Positions 50,437 through 64,000 of a DNA stretch of 64,000 nucleotides are shown here, one piece after another. This stretch comes from Amphiscolops sp. MND2022. Taxonomy: Eukaryota. The notes under the pieces are model-generated. The model was not told the origin of the DNA, made no database searches, and saw only the letters and a program-made list of their open reading frames with translations. Position 1 is the first letter of the stretch, and every line of letters begins with the position of its first letter. The stretch lies in contig OZ076409.1 of assembly GCA_964187785.1 (NCBI GenBank), forward strand, positions 70,682,001 to 70,746,000, given 5' to 3'. The position numbers were made by a program, and so were the translations under genes.

Positions 50437-53400
50437 GTGGCCGCGTCTTTTAGATGGACTTTTAGCCCTGAGGCGCGGGTAGGGTCCTGCGCCGAAACAG
50501 AGAAATTATACTACTGCACATAGCCCCGGTCCAGACACGATCTCGAAAACTGACCGTTAGAAATTCCTGAAAATTTGCATGTGGCCCCCAATTGGCGAGC
50601 AATGAAAAAGTGTAGGAGGTCGTTTTTCCCAAATTCCACTGTGAGAGGAGATATATGAAAAAAACGGACCCCAAAATGACGAAAATTTCACTTTTTGACC
50701 AAAAATGTGACATTATCTCCTCAGACAAGGCTCGGAGCAAAATTTGTCAGAACCCAAACCTGCAGCAGACTGTTAGAGCAGTGCACACAGTAAGTTTGAA
50801 GCAAATCGGATAATCACATGTGGAGAAATTGACGTTTTTCCGACGAAATTTTTCGCAAATGCAGTCTATCTCTGCCGTTTTTTGCCCAAAATTTTTTCGA
50901 GACCCTCTCCTAAAGACCTCCCCTGGCCGGTTTACCTCCCAAAAAAACCATTTGGCCCTAAATACGAAGTTTCAGCGTTCCAGCATTCCCCAGTGAAAAG
51001 TTATGGGACTTAGAACTTTTTCAAAAATTTTCAAAACTTTTCCAAAAAAGTTCAAGCCGCCCAAAGTGAAGAAACTTCCACACAACTAGTATTGCAAGTG
51101 AATGCATGTGGAAAGCCCTGCACTTGACGAGAAAAATGCCGTTTAGAACGTCTTTTTATCTTAACTTGATGTTGACTTATGATCTTTTGAGTAGCGTATA
51201 ACACGTGATCACAGTAGTGAAAATCCTAATTTTCAAAAATTTTCAAACAATAACGCATAAGAAGAACCTGGAAAAGGTTCCGATGGGTCAGTTGGGATGT
51301 CTGAAGCATGTGTACATTTCCGTAGTGTATAGCGGATGTATTTGAGACTTATTAGAAATTGTGATAAATTTTATACAAGTCTTTGTTTCTCTTAGAATCT
51401 TATGCAGTTGAGTACATTCCATCTCCCTCTCAGGGGAGATGTGAATGTACGTTTGCCAAATGCCTTGTAAAGCTCACAATTTTGATGGATTCAAATAACT
51501 AAACAAGTGTGATTTGCGTTTGCCGAACCACTGCGACAAAATATCCTAAATCTATAGCGAGATTGTATGGTTTTTGTCTTTAGTATTTCGTCTTGTGTAG
51601 CCGACTTCCACATCCAAATATCAACGCCCGCCGTCCGTAGGCATGCCGAGGCATGCCTTTCGACGACGTATGCCAAATACCTAATGCCACGCTGTCATTA
51701 TCGCTAGGTGGTTGGGGCGGTCCCCAGAACGCACAAGGAGGCGCGGGGAGGGTCCTGCGCCGACGTAGAATAATTTCATATAATACTAGTATCCTACATG
51801 GGTGTTTTAGAGGCGATTTTGGAATCTAACCGTAGGATTTAGATAATTTTTTGCATGCAGCCATAACTCGAAATTCTAAGAACTTTTTCCTACTGTCATT
51901 TTCCCCGCAAATTGTTTTTTGTTGACTTATGGCCGAAAAACCGGAAATAACGTCCTTTTTAGACGTTATATCCGAAGTGTCGTCATAACTTTTTTCCAGG
52001 GCATGCTAGCGTTCTCGTTCACTTTTACACTTAGTTGCAGCATCTCAAAATACAACTGGTGGAAAATTTTGGTTGCATTCGGATCACCCCCCACCGAGAT
52101 AGAAGGGTTCCCCCCTCCAGTTTTACCCCCCAAATTTGCAAAATAGCCAATTTTGAGCATGAAGCCGAGGATTTAGCGTACCCGCACCCTCCTGATGTTT
52201 TGTTGTACGTATTAGGGTCAATCTGACGACATGTGTGGTTTTCACCCCCAACCCCCCCTTGGACCGGAAATGACACTGTTTTGTGTTTTTTGGCAGAATT
52301 TAGCCTTTTTCATTATTAGGCAGTCGTTTTAGGGACTCCTAGCAGGAAATCGAAATTGAAATACAACCTGATCACAACCCAGTGACAATATGTTGGCCAC
52401 TTGGAGGTATCATCATGACCGGAAGTGGGGTCAACCCCCCTTTTTGTGACCGCTTTTTGACCTTGTGCACCAAAATGCCAACATCTTGAGGCCTAATGAG
52501 GCATTCAAATCTGTACAAAGATAAAATGTTAGACAACCGAAGTCCCGGAAGATCTTTAGCATATACCGGAAGTTACCCCCCATGACCGGAAGTTACCCAA
52601 TGTGACCGGAAATGGTCCAAAAATTAATGTAAAGTTGAATTTTTCACTATTTCAAGACCACTTAATTGAAACTTTTCAATATCAAAACTAGCGTACTGGC
52701 TTGTTTTGCTGAATTTATGGAAATTGATGAGCTCTATCGCCCCCGATAGCCTTCGAAGTTGACCTTGCGTCAAGTTTGGAGGCTATCGATAAAGAAAAAT
52801 GAACAACAATGTACATTGTTTCTCTCGTTTTTTTCCCGTTGTTTTTCCTCAAACTTTCTTGTGACATATACATGGCCGTTAGTTGAAATCAATATTAAGC
52901 CCATGTTATAGCTGGAGCAGCGAAGCGTTACACAGACTAGTGTGGTTCTGAAATCACACTTTTTAAATTAACAACTGACCGTCTTAGTCAACTCCACACA
53001 TTCATACCAACGCCCACCGTCTGTGGGCATGCCGAGGCATGCCCTTCGACGACGTATGACGAATCCATTCCAACGACACCCGCAGTCCTCAGCTAGGTGG
53101 CGGGGGTGCCTCATGCCCCTCAAAAAATCACGAGCGCGGGTAGGGTCCTGCGCGAGTTCAAGAAGTGAAACATCGATATTTCGAAGCAACACTTTTGGAA
53201 GCTATCTTTTTATTGAACCATACGATTTGAACCATTTTTTGCATGTGGCTTTGGAATCAGGTTATAAGAACTTTTTCCTGCTGACAGTTTAACCGGAAAT
53301 CATTTGGTGTTGACTTTTGGCCAAAAAACCGGTTATAACGTCGAAAATCAACGTTATATCCGAATTGTCGTCGTAACTTTTTTCAAGGGCGTCCTAGCGA

Positions 53401-54477
53401 TTTTTGTTGCTCCTACATTGCGTTGCAGCATGTGAAAATACATCTGCTGTGAAATTTTGGTTGCAATCGGATCACCCCCCTCCGAGATTGAGGGGTACCC
53501 CCCTACAATTTTACCCCCAAAATTTAGGAAAATGCCAATTTTGAGCATGAAGCTGTGGATTGAGCGTGTCCGCACCCTGCTGAAGGATTGTCGGGCGCAT
53601 TAAGGTGAATCCGATGACATGTGTAGTTATCACCCCCAACCCCCCCTGGGACCGGAAATGACCCTTTTTTGTGTATTTTGACAGGAAGTTGTGATTTTCA
53701 GTCGTAAGACGTTGTTTTATGTTCGCTTTACAGGGTATCAAAGTTGAAACACAGCATGAGAACAACTTAGTGACCACAATTTGGCCAGTCGGGGGTAACG
53801 TAATTACCGGAAATAGGGTCGAAACCCCCCAAAATTGATGTTTTTTGACCATTATGACTCGTTTATTGATCACGTATAGGTCCGATAGGTCTCATTAACT
53901 ATTGTAAAGATGAACAGCTGATCAATTAACGAAGTCTTAACGACGCTTTCAGAAACCGGAAGTTACCCTCTCGACCGGAAGTGGTCCATTTTGACCGGAA
54001 ATGGTGCGAAAAATAGATCAAAAACGTCTTTTTTGTTTAATTTCTGTATACTTCGTCAGATATTTTTGAAATTTTGAAGGTTGTGGTTGAAAGTAGGATT
54101 AAAAGACTGAATCGCTGCAGAATGATGATCACCTTTGTCATCCCCCGATAGCCTTCCAAGTTGACTTTGGGTCAAGCTTGAAGGCTATCTGTTATGAAAA
54201 CAAAAAACAAAGCAGAACCCCCTGTCCCCGTGGTTGTTAAATTCTGCTTAGATCAGTTCAATGCAGAGAGTACTTTGGTTAAGTTAAACAAATAGCGTTA
54301 CTTTTACGTTTCTTATAGTTGTTCACCCCCACCCGCCAAAATTTCATGCACCTCCCCCCTCAGTACAACGCCACATAGCGTTTCGACGCCCACGGTCTGT
54401 GGGCATGCCGAGGCATGCCCTTCGACGACGTATGCCAAATGAGCCTTTCCCGCACTCTGGAGTGCGGTAGCAGCTAG
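50437..54477 (+). mobile_element. Units K (50437-51707), H (51708-53096) and L (53097-54477)
   Basis: CTAG|GTG junctions and terminal hairpin blocks; H is a copy of 33828-35216. Confidence 0.8.
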
Positions 54478-57400
54478 GTGCGGGGGGGTAACCCCAACTT
54501 TTTTCTTGGAGGAATCGGGTAGGGTCCTGATTCCGAGCTTAGTGCCGCCAGCTATCGTTAAAAACCCATACCTTTTAAACCCGATCTCGGGAACTAACCA
54601 CGCCCCTTCTTTAATTTTTTGGCCCCCACTCACTTTTTGATAGTAGATCGCCCCCCACTGGGTTCCAAGTTGGGCAAAAATGGAGGTCATGGGTAACGGG
54701 GACCGTTAAGGGGTAACTCAGGTGGTAAAATTTATTTTTTGCGTCATATCTTTTCCCCCCGTGGATTTAGCGCTTCCGGTCAGCAGACAAAACCTCATGT
54801 ACGTGATAAGGGGCCTCCGTAGGTCCAAACAAAATTTTTCTATCATGCACCGTTACGGACTTGCCCCCCCGGCCCAACCGTTATTTTGCCGGAAATTGCC
54901 TTTTTTGACAGGGAAGGAGTCGTCTGAGCACGGAGTCGTTTGGTAATGTTTTGTAGTGCATCTGAAGACGTGTTGGGGGACATGTAGTTTGCCGACCCCA
55001 GTTTACCCCTCGGACGGGAAATGACCGTTATGTGAGTTTTAAAAATGCCCCCCTTCAATTTTCCCCGCAATTTCCGGTGTGAAGGAGTGGGAGTAGGGTG
55101 TCGGGTGCCATATATCAAAAGTAGGTTTAGACAAGGACCAACCGGAAACTTGTGGTTTGGGACCCCCTGACCCAACCCGTTAGCCGCTATTAGGGTGATC
55201 GCCTCCTTTTTTTGCTGTTAAAACCGGAAAACGGGCATTGAGGGGTAAATATCTCGTGAACGCGTGGAGCAATCGTGTCCATCACTACTACAAGGTTTCA
55301 TACCCATGATATGGTGCCTTCAGGGGGGCAAACAGATTACCGCTATCTATCACCGTTACCGACTTGGCCCCCCAGCCTAACCGCTATGTTACCGGAAATT
55401 GCACTTTTTGAGCCCAAAGGGTCGATCCTAGCCGGGCAACGTTAGGTAACTTATTGTAGTACTCATTGAAACGAGTTGGGGGACATAGTTTCAGTCACCC
55501 CCCGTTACCTCTTAGGACCGGAAATGACCGTTATGGTGGTAAAATTGCAATTTTTATACATTTTGAAGGGCATTTAGGTGCGGAAGGAATGGTAATAGGT
55601 GCTTGGACACTATATGATGTAATGGAGGTCGTGAGGAGAGCATTCGGAAGTAACCGTTACGTTGACCCCAAAGTCCCCCTGGTACCGTTAACAACCGGAA
55701 ATGGCCAAATTTTGTGTTTATAGGGTACAAATGTTTGGTATTTTATGGATAAAAGTACCTGGAAGGTGTTTTAAAGGCCTCCAGAAGTGAACATAGTCAT
55801 GAAACTTTGTGGGGGGTAACGGTATATAGCACCGGAAGTCCAAACCGTTGGTCACAGAATAGGTTTTTTGGTTTCAAAATGTCTTTAGGCGTAGTTTTGT
55901 GGGTTGAATCGTCATAATATCAACTAATACGGACTTTTTTCGGAAATAAAATTTTTTCACATTAGTTTCAGGGACCTCCAATGTTTCAGACAACATAACC
56001 GTTACATTTTGATAGCCTTTCAAGTTGGCCTGGTGTCAACTTGGAAGGGCTATCCTTCTAAAATCGTTAATCAAGAGTGTTTTTGGATAGATATATGTTG
56101 CATTAGTACCAATTAGAGCTTCATCAACAGTTTGCCAACGGCAAAACAATGTCGTGATAATTCCGTTAAAAGAATATTAATTAACAAATTGTTTCCAAAG
56201 TTGATTTTTTCCATTCGAAATGTGTCCTAATGCCACCAAATTGAATAAAATAATAAATGGTATTGACTAAACCTAAATAACATTGAAAAAAAGCTCAACA
56301 TTTTTAATAGGTTCCATTATGGAAGCTGAAACCTCACGTTTTAACTTAATTAACGTCAACGCCACATACTTTACATCAACGCCCACCGTCTGTGGGCATG
56401 CCGAGGCATGCCCTTCGACGACGTATACCAATTACATATATATCTACACCCACCCGCGGTAGCAGCTAGGTGCGGGGGGGTAACCCCTACAAAGATATTG
56501 GAGGATTCGGATAGGGTCCTGAATCCGAGTTCAGTGCTGCCAGCTATCGTTAGGGATTTGAGAAAATTTTGCCGATCTCGTGATCTAACCGTAGGATTTT
56601 AAAGTTGGAGCGGCCCCCACCAGATTTTCCAAAGTTATTCGCCCCCCACCGGGTTCCAGCGTGATTGAAATATTTTGTCGGGGTACACGGGCGACCGTTA
56701 GGGGTCATTTTGGGGGTAAAATTTATATCCGGTCGCATAACTTTTTTCCTGTTGGTTTAAAACTTTGGGACCCTGCTAAAAGTTTCTTGACCTTGTTGCA
56801 GTGGCTCCGGAGGTCCAAACCAAATTTTTCTATCTTGAAGCTATCTCCAAGTACCCCCCCGCCCAAACCGTTATTTTTCCGGAAACGCAGGTTTTTGACC
56901 CGGAAGGAGTCGTCTGAGCGCGGGGTCGTTAGGTGATGTTTTGGGGACGGCCTTGAGACGAAGCGGGGGACATGTAGTTTGCCGACCCCAGTTTACCCCC
57001 CGCACGGGAAATGACCGTTATTTGAGCGGGAAAAATGCCCCCCTCCACGTTTTACCGCTATTTCCGGTGTGAAGGAGTGGGAGTAGCGCGTCGGGTGTCA
57101 TATAACAAAAGTAGGTTTAGACAAGGACCTATCGGAAACATGTAGTTTGGGACCCCCTGGACCAACCCGTTAGCGGGAAATGGGGCTTCCGCCTCCTTTT
57201 TTTACTGCTAAAACCGTAAAATGGGCATTGAGGGGTAAATATCTCGTGAACGCGTGGAGCTACAGTGTCCATCACTACTACAAGGTTTCATACCCATGAT
57301 ATGGTGCCTTCAGGGGGGCAAACAGATTTCCGCTATCTATCACCGTTACCGACTTGGCCCCCCAGCCTAACCGCTATGTGACCGGAAATGTCACTTTTTG

Positions 57401-60400
57401 AGCCCAAAGGGTCGGTCCCAGCCGGGGAACGTTAGGTAACTTATTGTAGTACTCAAGGAGACGAGTTGGGGGATATAGTTTCAGTCAACCCCCGTTACCC
57501 CTTGGGACCGGAAATGACCGTTATGTGGGTAAATTTGCATTTTTTATACTTTTTCAAGTGCATTTATGTGCGGAAGGAGTGGTAATAGGTGCTTGGACAC
57601 TATATGATGTAATGGAGGTCGTGAGGAGAGCATTCGGGAATAACCGTTATGTTGACCCCAAAGTCCCCCTGGTACCGTTAACGACCGGAAATGGCCAAAT
57701 TTTGTGTCTATTGGGTACAAATGTTTGGTATTTTATGGATAAAAGTACCTGGAAGGTGTTTTAAAGGCCTCCAGAAGTGAACATAGTCATGAAACCTTGT
57801 GGGGGGTAACGGTATATAGCACCGGAAGTCCAAACCGTTGGTCACAGAATAGGTTTTTTGGTTTCAAAATGTCTTTAGGCATAGTTTTGTGGGTTGAATC
57901 GTCATAATATCAACTAATACGGACTTTTTTTCGGAAATAAAATTTTTTCACATTAGTTTCAGGGACCTCCAATGCTTCAGTCAACATAACCGTTACATTT
58001 TGATAGCCTTTCAAGTTGACCTGGTGTCAACTTGGAAGGGCTATCCTTCTAAAATCGTTAATCAAGAGTGTTTTTGGGTAGGTATATGTTGCATTAGTAC
58101 CAATTAGAGCTTCATCAACAGTTTGCCAACGGCAAAAACGATGTCGTGATAATTCCGTTATAAAAATATTAGTTAACAAATTGTTTTCAAAGTTGATTTT
58201 TTCCATTAAAAATGTGTCCTAATGCCACCAAATTGAATAAAATGGTATTGACTAAAACTAAATAACAATGAAAATGAAGATCAACATTTTTATTAGGTCT
58301 CATTATGGAAGCTGAAACCTCACGTTTTAGTTTAATTAACGTCAACGCCACATACTTTACATCAACGCCCACCGTCTGTGGGCATGCCGAGGCATGCCCT
58401 TCGACGGCGTATACCAAACAACCTCCATATCTACACCCACCCGCGGTAGCAGCTAGGTGCGGGGGGGTAACCCCAACAAAAATTTTGGAGGATTCGGGTA
58501 GGGTCCTGAATCCGATTTTAACTCTAATAGCTATCGATAGGAAATCTTGCAAAAATTTCGGGATCTCGTGATCTAACCATAGGATTTTAAAGTTGGAGCG
58601 GCCCCCACCAGATTTTCCAAAGTTATTCGCCCCCCACCGGGTTCCAGCGTGATTGAAATATTTTGTCGGGGTACACGGGCGACCGTTAGGGGTCATTTTA
58701 GGGGTAAAATTTATATCCGGTCGCATAACTTTTTTCCTGTTGGTTTAAAACTTTGGGACCCTGCTAAAAGTTTCTTGACCGTGTTGCGGTGGCTCCGGAG
58801 GTCCAAACCAAATTTTTCTATCTTGAAGCTATCTCCAAGTACCCCCCCGTCCAAACCGTTATTTTTCCGGAAACGCCGGTTTTTGACCCGGAAGGAGTCG
58901 TCGGAGCGCGGGGTCGTTAGGTGATGTATTGGGGACGGCCTTGAGACGAAGTGGGGGACATGCAGTTTGCCAACCCCAGTTTACCCCCCGGACGGGAAAT
59001 GACCGTTATATGAGCGCGAAAAATGCCCCCCTCCACGTTTTACCGCTATTTCCGGTGTGAAGGAGTGGGAGTAGCGCGTCGGGTGTTATATAACAAAAGT
59101 AGGTTTGTACAAGGACCTATCGGAAACATGTAGCTTGGGACCCCCTGGACCAACCCGTTAGCGGGAAATGGGGCTTCCGCCTCCTTTTTTTACTGCTAAA
59201 ACCGTAAAATGGGCATTGAGGGGTAAATATCTCGTGAACGTGTGGAGCAATCGTGTCCATCACTACTACAAGGTTTCATACCCATGGTATGGTGCCTTCA
59301 GGGGGGCAAACAGATTTCCGCTATCTATCACCGTTACCAACTTGGCCCCCCAGCGTAACCGCTATGTGACCGGAATTGTCACTTTTTGAGCCCAAAGGGT
59401 CGGTCCCAGCCGGGGAACGTTAGGTAACTTATTGTAGTACTCAATGAGACGAGTTGGGGGATATATTTTCAGTCACCCCCCGTTACCCCTTGGGAACGGA
59501 AATGACCGTTATGTGGGTAAAATTGCAATTTTTATACTTTTTTAAGTGTATTTAGGTGCGGAAGGAGTGGTAATAGGTGCTTGGACACTATATGAGGTAA
59601 GGGAGGACGTGAGGCGAGCATTCGGAAATAACCGTTATGTTGACCCTAAAGTCCCCCTGGTACCGTAAACGACCGGAAATGGTCAAATTTTGTGTCTATT
59701 AGGTACAAATGTTTAGTATTTTGCAGATAAAAGTATCTATTAGGTGTTTCGACGGTCTGCAATAGTGAACATAGTCATGAAACCTTGTGGGGGGTAACGG
59801 GTTATATAGCACCGGAAGTCCAAACCGTTGGACACAGGATAGGTTTTTGGTTTGAAAATGTCTTTCGGCGTACTTTTGTCGACTATTATGGACTATTATT
59901 AAAAATTAAAGTTTTTCCATATAGTTTCAGAGACTCCGAAACCTCAACCAACATAACCGTTACATTTTGATAGCCTTTCAAGTTGGCCTGGTGTCAACTT
60001 GGAAGCGCTATCCTTCTGAAATCGTTAATCAAGAGTGTTTTTGGGTAGGTATATATTGCATTAGTACCAATTAGAGCTTCATCAACAGTGTATCAACGAC
60101 AAAAACTATGCCGTCATGATTCCGTTATTAGAATCATAGTGAGCAAATTGTTGAAAAAAATGGTTTTTACCGTACAAAACGTGTCCTAAATGCCAGGAAA
60201 CCTATTTACCTAACAAATGGTATTAATTGGAATGTATGTAACAGATTTATAAAAGTTCAAATTGAATATTACATTTCATTATGGAAGCTGAAACGTCATA
60301 TTTTAGTTTAATTAACGTCAACGCCACATACTTTTTATCAACGCCCACCGTCTGTGGGCATGCCGAGGCATGCCCTTCGACGACGTATACCAAATACATA

Positions 60401-63400
60401 CCTAACGACGCCCGTACATCCCGGGCTAGGTGCGGGGGGGAAACCCCAACAAAAATTTTGGAGGATTCGGGTAGGGTCCTGAATCCGAGTTCAGTGCTGC
60501 CAGCTTTCGTTAAGAAAATTTGGATAGGATTCGGGATCTCGTGATCTAACCATAGGATTTTAAAGTTGGAGCGGCCCCCACCAGATTTTCCGAAAATTAG
60601 CGCCCCCCACCGGGTTCCATACCCCGGAAAATTTTTTTCTGGCCACACGGGCGACCGTTAGGGGGTCATTTTAGGGGTAAAATTCATATTGGGCCACATA
60701 ACTTTTTTTCTGTTGATTTAAAACTTTGGGACCCTGCTAAAAGTTTCTTGACCGTGTTGCAGGGGCCCCGGAGGTCCAAACCAAATTTTTCTATCTTGAA
60801 GCTATCTCCAAGTACCCCCCCGCCCAAAACGTTATTTTTCCGGAAACGCAGGTTTTTGACCCGGAAGGAGTCGTCGGAGCGCGGGGTCGTTAGGTGATGT
60901 ATTGGGGACGGCCTTGAGACGAAGTGGGGGACATGCAGTTTGCCAACCCCAGTTTACCCCCCGGACGGGAAATGACCGTTATATGAGCGGGAAAAATGCC
61001 CCCCTCCACGTTTTACCGCTATTTCCGGTGTGAAGGAGTGGGAGTAGCGTGTCGGGTGCCACATATCAAAAGTAGGTTTAAACAAGGATCTATCGCAAAC
61101 ATGTGGTTTGGGACCCCCTGGACCAACCCGTTAGCGGGAAATGGGGCTTCCGCCTCCTTTTTTTACGGTTAAAAACGAAAAATGGGCATTGAGGGGTAAA
61201 TATCTCGTGAACGCGTGGACCTACGGTGTCCATCACTACTACAAGGTTTCATGCCCATCATATGGTGCCTTCAGGGGGGCAAACAGATTTCCGCTATCTA
61301 TCACCGTTACGGACTTGGCCCCCCAGCCTAACCGTTAAGTGACCGGAAATGTCATATTTTGAGCCCAAAGGGTCGGTCTCAGCCGGGGAACGTTAGGTAA
61401 CTTATTGTAGTACTCATTGAGACGAGTTGGGGGACATAGTTTCAGTCACCCCCCGTTACCCCTTAGGACCGGAAATGACCGTTATGTGGGTAAATTTGCA
61501 TTTTTTATACTCTTTGAAGTGCATTTATGTGCGGAAGGAGTGGTAATAGGTGCTTGGACACTATATGAAGGAAGGGAGGACGTGAGGCGAGCATTTGGAA
61601 ATAACCGTTATGTTGACCCTAAAGTCCCCCTGGTACCGGAAGTGACCCGTAATGGTCAAATTTTGTGTTCAAAGGGTACAAATGTTTGGTGTTCAATGGA
61701 TAACAGTACCTATTAGGTGTTTCGACGGTCTGCAGTCGTGAACATAGTCATGAAACCTTGTGGGGGGTAACGGTATATAGCACCGGAAGTCCAAACCGTT
61801 GAAGACAGGATAAGTGTTTTGGTTTTAAAATGTCTTTTGGCCTACTTTTGTCGACTATTATGGACTATTTTTGAAAAATTAAGTTTTTCGATATAGTTTC
61901 AGATACTCCGAAACCTCAACCAACATAACCGTTACCTTATGATAGCCTTTCAAGTTGGCCTGGTGTCAACTTGGAAGGGCTATCCTTCAAAAATCATTAT
62001 TCAAGTGTGTTTTTGAGTATGTTTGTATTACTTTAGAATCAATTAGAGCTTCAAGAAAAGTTTGCCAACGACAAAAACTATGTCGTGATGATTCCGTTAT
62101 TAGAATGATAGTTAACAAAAGGTTGATAAAGTTGATTTTTTACATTTCAAATGTGTCCCAAATGCCAGCAAACCTCTTTACCAAACAAATGGTATTGATT
62201 GGATTGTATATAACAGCTAATAAAAGTTCAAATTGAATATTACGTTTCATTATGGAAGCTGAAACGTCAAATTATAGTTTAATTAACGTCAACGCCACAT
62301 ACTTTACATCAACGCCCACCGTCCGTAGGCATGCCGAGGCATGCCTTTCGACGACGTATACCAAATTCCACCCACACAACACCCTCGAGCGCGGTAGCAG
62401 CTAGGTGCGGGGGGGTAACCCCTACAAAGATATTGGAGGATTCGGGTAGGGTCCTGAATCCGAGTTCAGTGCTGCCAGCTATCGTTAGGGATTTTAGAAA
62501 ATTTTGCCGATCTCGTGATCTAACCGTAGGATTTTAAAGTTGGAGCGGCCCCCACCAGATTTTCCAAAGTTATTCGCCCCCCACCGGGTTCCAGCGTGAT
62601 TGAAATATTTTGACGGGGTACACGGGCGACCGTTAGGGGTCATTTTGGGGGTAAAATTTATATCCGGTCGCATAACTTTTTTCCTGTTGGTTTAAAACTT
62701 TGGGACCCTGCTAAAAGTTTCTTGACCGTGTTGCAGTGGCTCCGGAGGTCCAAACCAAATTTTTCTATCTTGAAGCTATCTCCAAGTACCCCCCCGCCCA
62801 AACCGTTATTTTTCCGGAAACGCAGGTTTTTGACCCGGAAGGAGTCGTCTGAGCGCGGGGTCGTTAGGTGATGTATTGGGGACGGCCTTGAGACGAAGCG
62901 GGGGACATGTAGTTTGCCGACCCCTGTTTACCCCCCGGACGGGAAATGACCGTTATTTGAGCGGGAAAAATGCCCCCCTCCACGTTTTACCGCTATTTCC
63001 GGTGTGAAGGAGTGGGAGTAGCGCGTCGGGTGTTATATAACAAAAGTAGGTTTAGACAAGGACCTATCGGAAATATGTAGTTTGGGACCCCCTGGACCAA
63101 CCCGTTAGCGGGAAATGGGGCTTCCGCCTCCTTTTTTTACTGCTAAAACCGTAAAATGGGCATTGAGGGGTAAATATCTCGTGAACGCGTGGAGCAATCG
63201 TGTCCATCACTACTACAAGGTTTCATACCCATGATATGGTGCCTTCAGGGGGGCAAACAGATTTCCGCTATCTATCACCGTTACCGACTTGGCCCCCCAG
63301 CCTAACCGCTATGTGACCGGAAATGTCACTTTTTGAGCCCAAAGGGTCGGTCCCAGCCGGGGAACGTTAGGTAACTTATTGTAGTACTCAATGAGACGAG

Positions 63401-64000
63401 TTGGGGGATGTAGTTTCAGTCACCCCCCGTTACCCCTTGGGACCGGAAATGACCGTTATGTGGGTAAAATTGCAATTTTTATACTTTTTCAAGTGTATTT
63501 AGGTGCTGAAGGAGTGGTAATAGGTGCTTGGACACTATATGATGTAATGGAGGTCGTGAGGAGAGCATTCGGAAATAACCGTTATGTTGACCCCAAAGTC
63601 CCCCTGGTACCGTTAACGACCGGAAATGGCCAAATTTTGTGTCTATTGGGTATAAATGTTTGGTATTTTATGGATAAAAGTACCTGGAAGGTGTTTTAAA
63701 GGCCTCCAGAAGTGAACATAGTCATGAAACCTTGTGGGGGGTAACGGTATATAGCACCGGAAGTCCAAACCGTTGGTCACAGAATAGGTTTTTTGGTTTC
63801 AAAATGTCTTTAGGCATAGTTTTGTGGGTTGAATCGTCATAATATCAACTAATACGGACTTTTTTCGGAAATAAAATTTTTTCACATTAGTTTCAGGGAC
63901 CTCCAATGCTTCAGTCAACATAACCGTTACATTTTGATAGCCTTTCAAGTTGACCTGGTGTCAACTTGGAAGGGCTATCCTTCTAAAATCGTTAATCAAG
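54478..64000 (+). mobile_element. Run of family B units (54478-56469; 56470-58456; 58457-60429; 60430-62404; 62405 to window end)
   Basis: ~1.98 kb units similar to 1530-3500 and 3501-5496. Confidence 0.85.

Larger units (their letters stand above)
14897..64000 (+). repeat. Right head-to-tail array: 26 complete units plus 2 partial units, about a dozen families
   Basis: 27 CT(A/G)G|GTG junctions, units ending at 15688, 18759, 20029, 21332, 22598, 23993, 26009, 27079, 31811, 33827, 35216, 36520, 37812, 39127, 40440, 41716, 43003, 44293, 47365, 50436, 51707, 53096, 54477, 56469, 58456, 60429, 62404. Confidence 0.92.

Noticed and set aside
14897..64000. CRISPR array (palindromic repeat with variable spacers)
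   Set aside because: Spacers are kb-sized and recur as families, there are no cas genes, and the context is eukaryotic
219..64000. The many 60-180 aa ORFs inside array units (e.g. GMPRHALRRR, MPFDDV peptides)
   Set aside because: They are translations of conserved non-coding motifs; starts, stops and frames differ between copies
54478..64000. Simple satellite DNA or an rDNA, histone or snRNA gene repeat
   Set aside because: No rRNA, 5S, histone or snRNA sequence recognised; units are heterogeneous and shuffled

Overview
Eukaryotic, probably animal, genomic DNA with spliceosomal introns and LINE, SINE, MITE and Tigger debris. About 85% of the window is two head-to-tail arrays (1-5496 and 14897-64000) built from about a dozen different families of 1.1-4.7 kb, mostly non-coding units. 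All units lie in one orientation, join at a precise CT(A/G)G|GT(G) junction, and nearly all end in the same structure-conserved GGGCATGCC-GA-GGCATGCCC hairpin block. Members of a family recur next to different neighbours, so the units behave as individually mobile cassettes. This points to a rolling-circle (Helitron-like) or tyrosine-recombinase (integron-like) system; one 3.07 kb family may carry a decayed DIRS-type tyrosine recombinase. Between the arrays is a ~9 kb island with an intact 3-exon UTP23 gene, a decayed copy of UTP23 exon 2, a LINE RT fragment, a hAT-type MITE, a Tigger remnant, DINE-1/Helentron-like repeats and tRNA-derived SINE heads, followed by a 200-N gap. Family letters A-N are my own labels from reading the sequence by eye.
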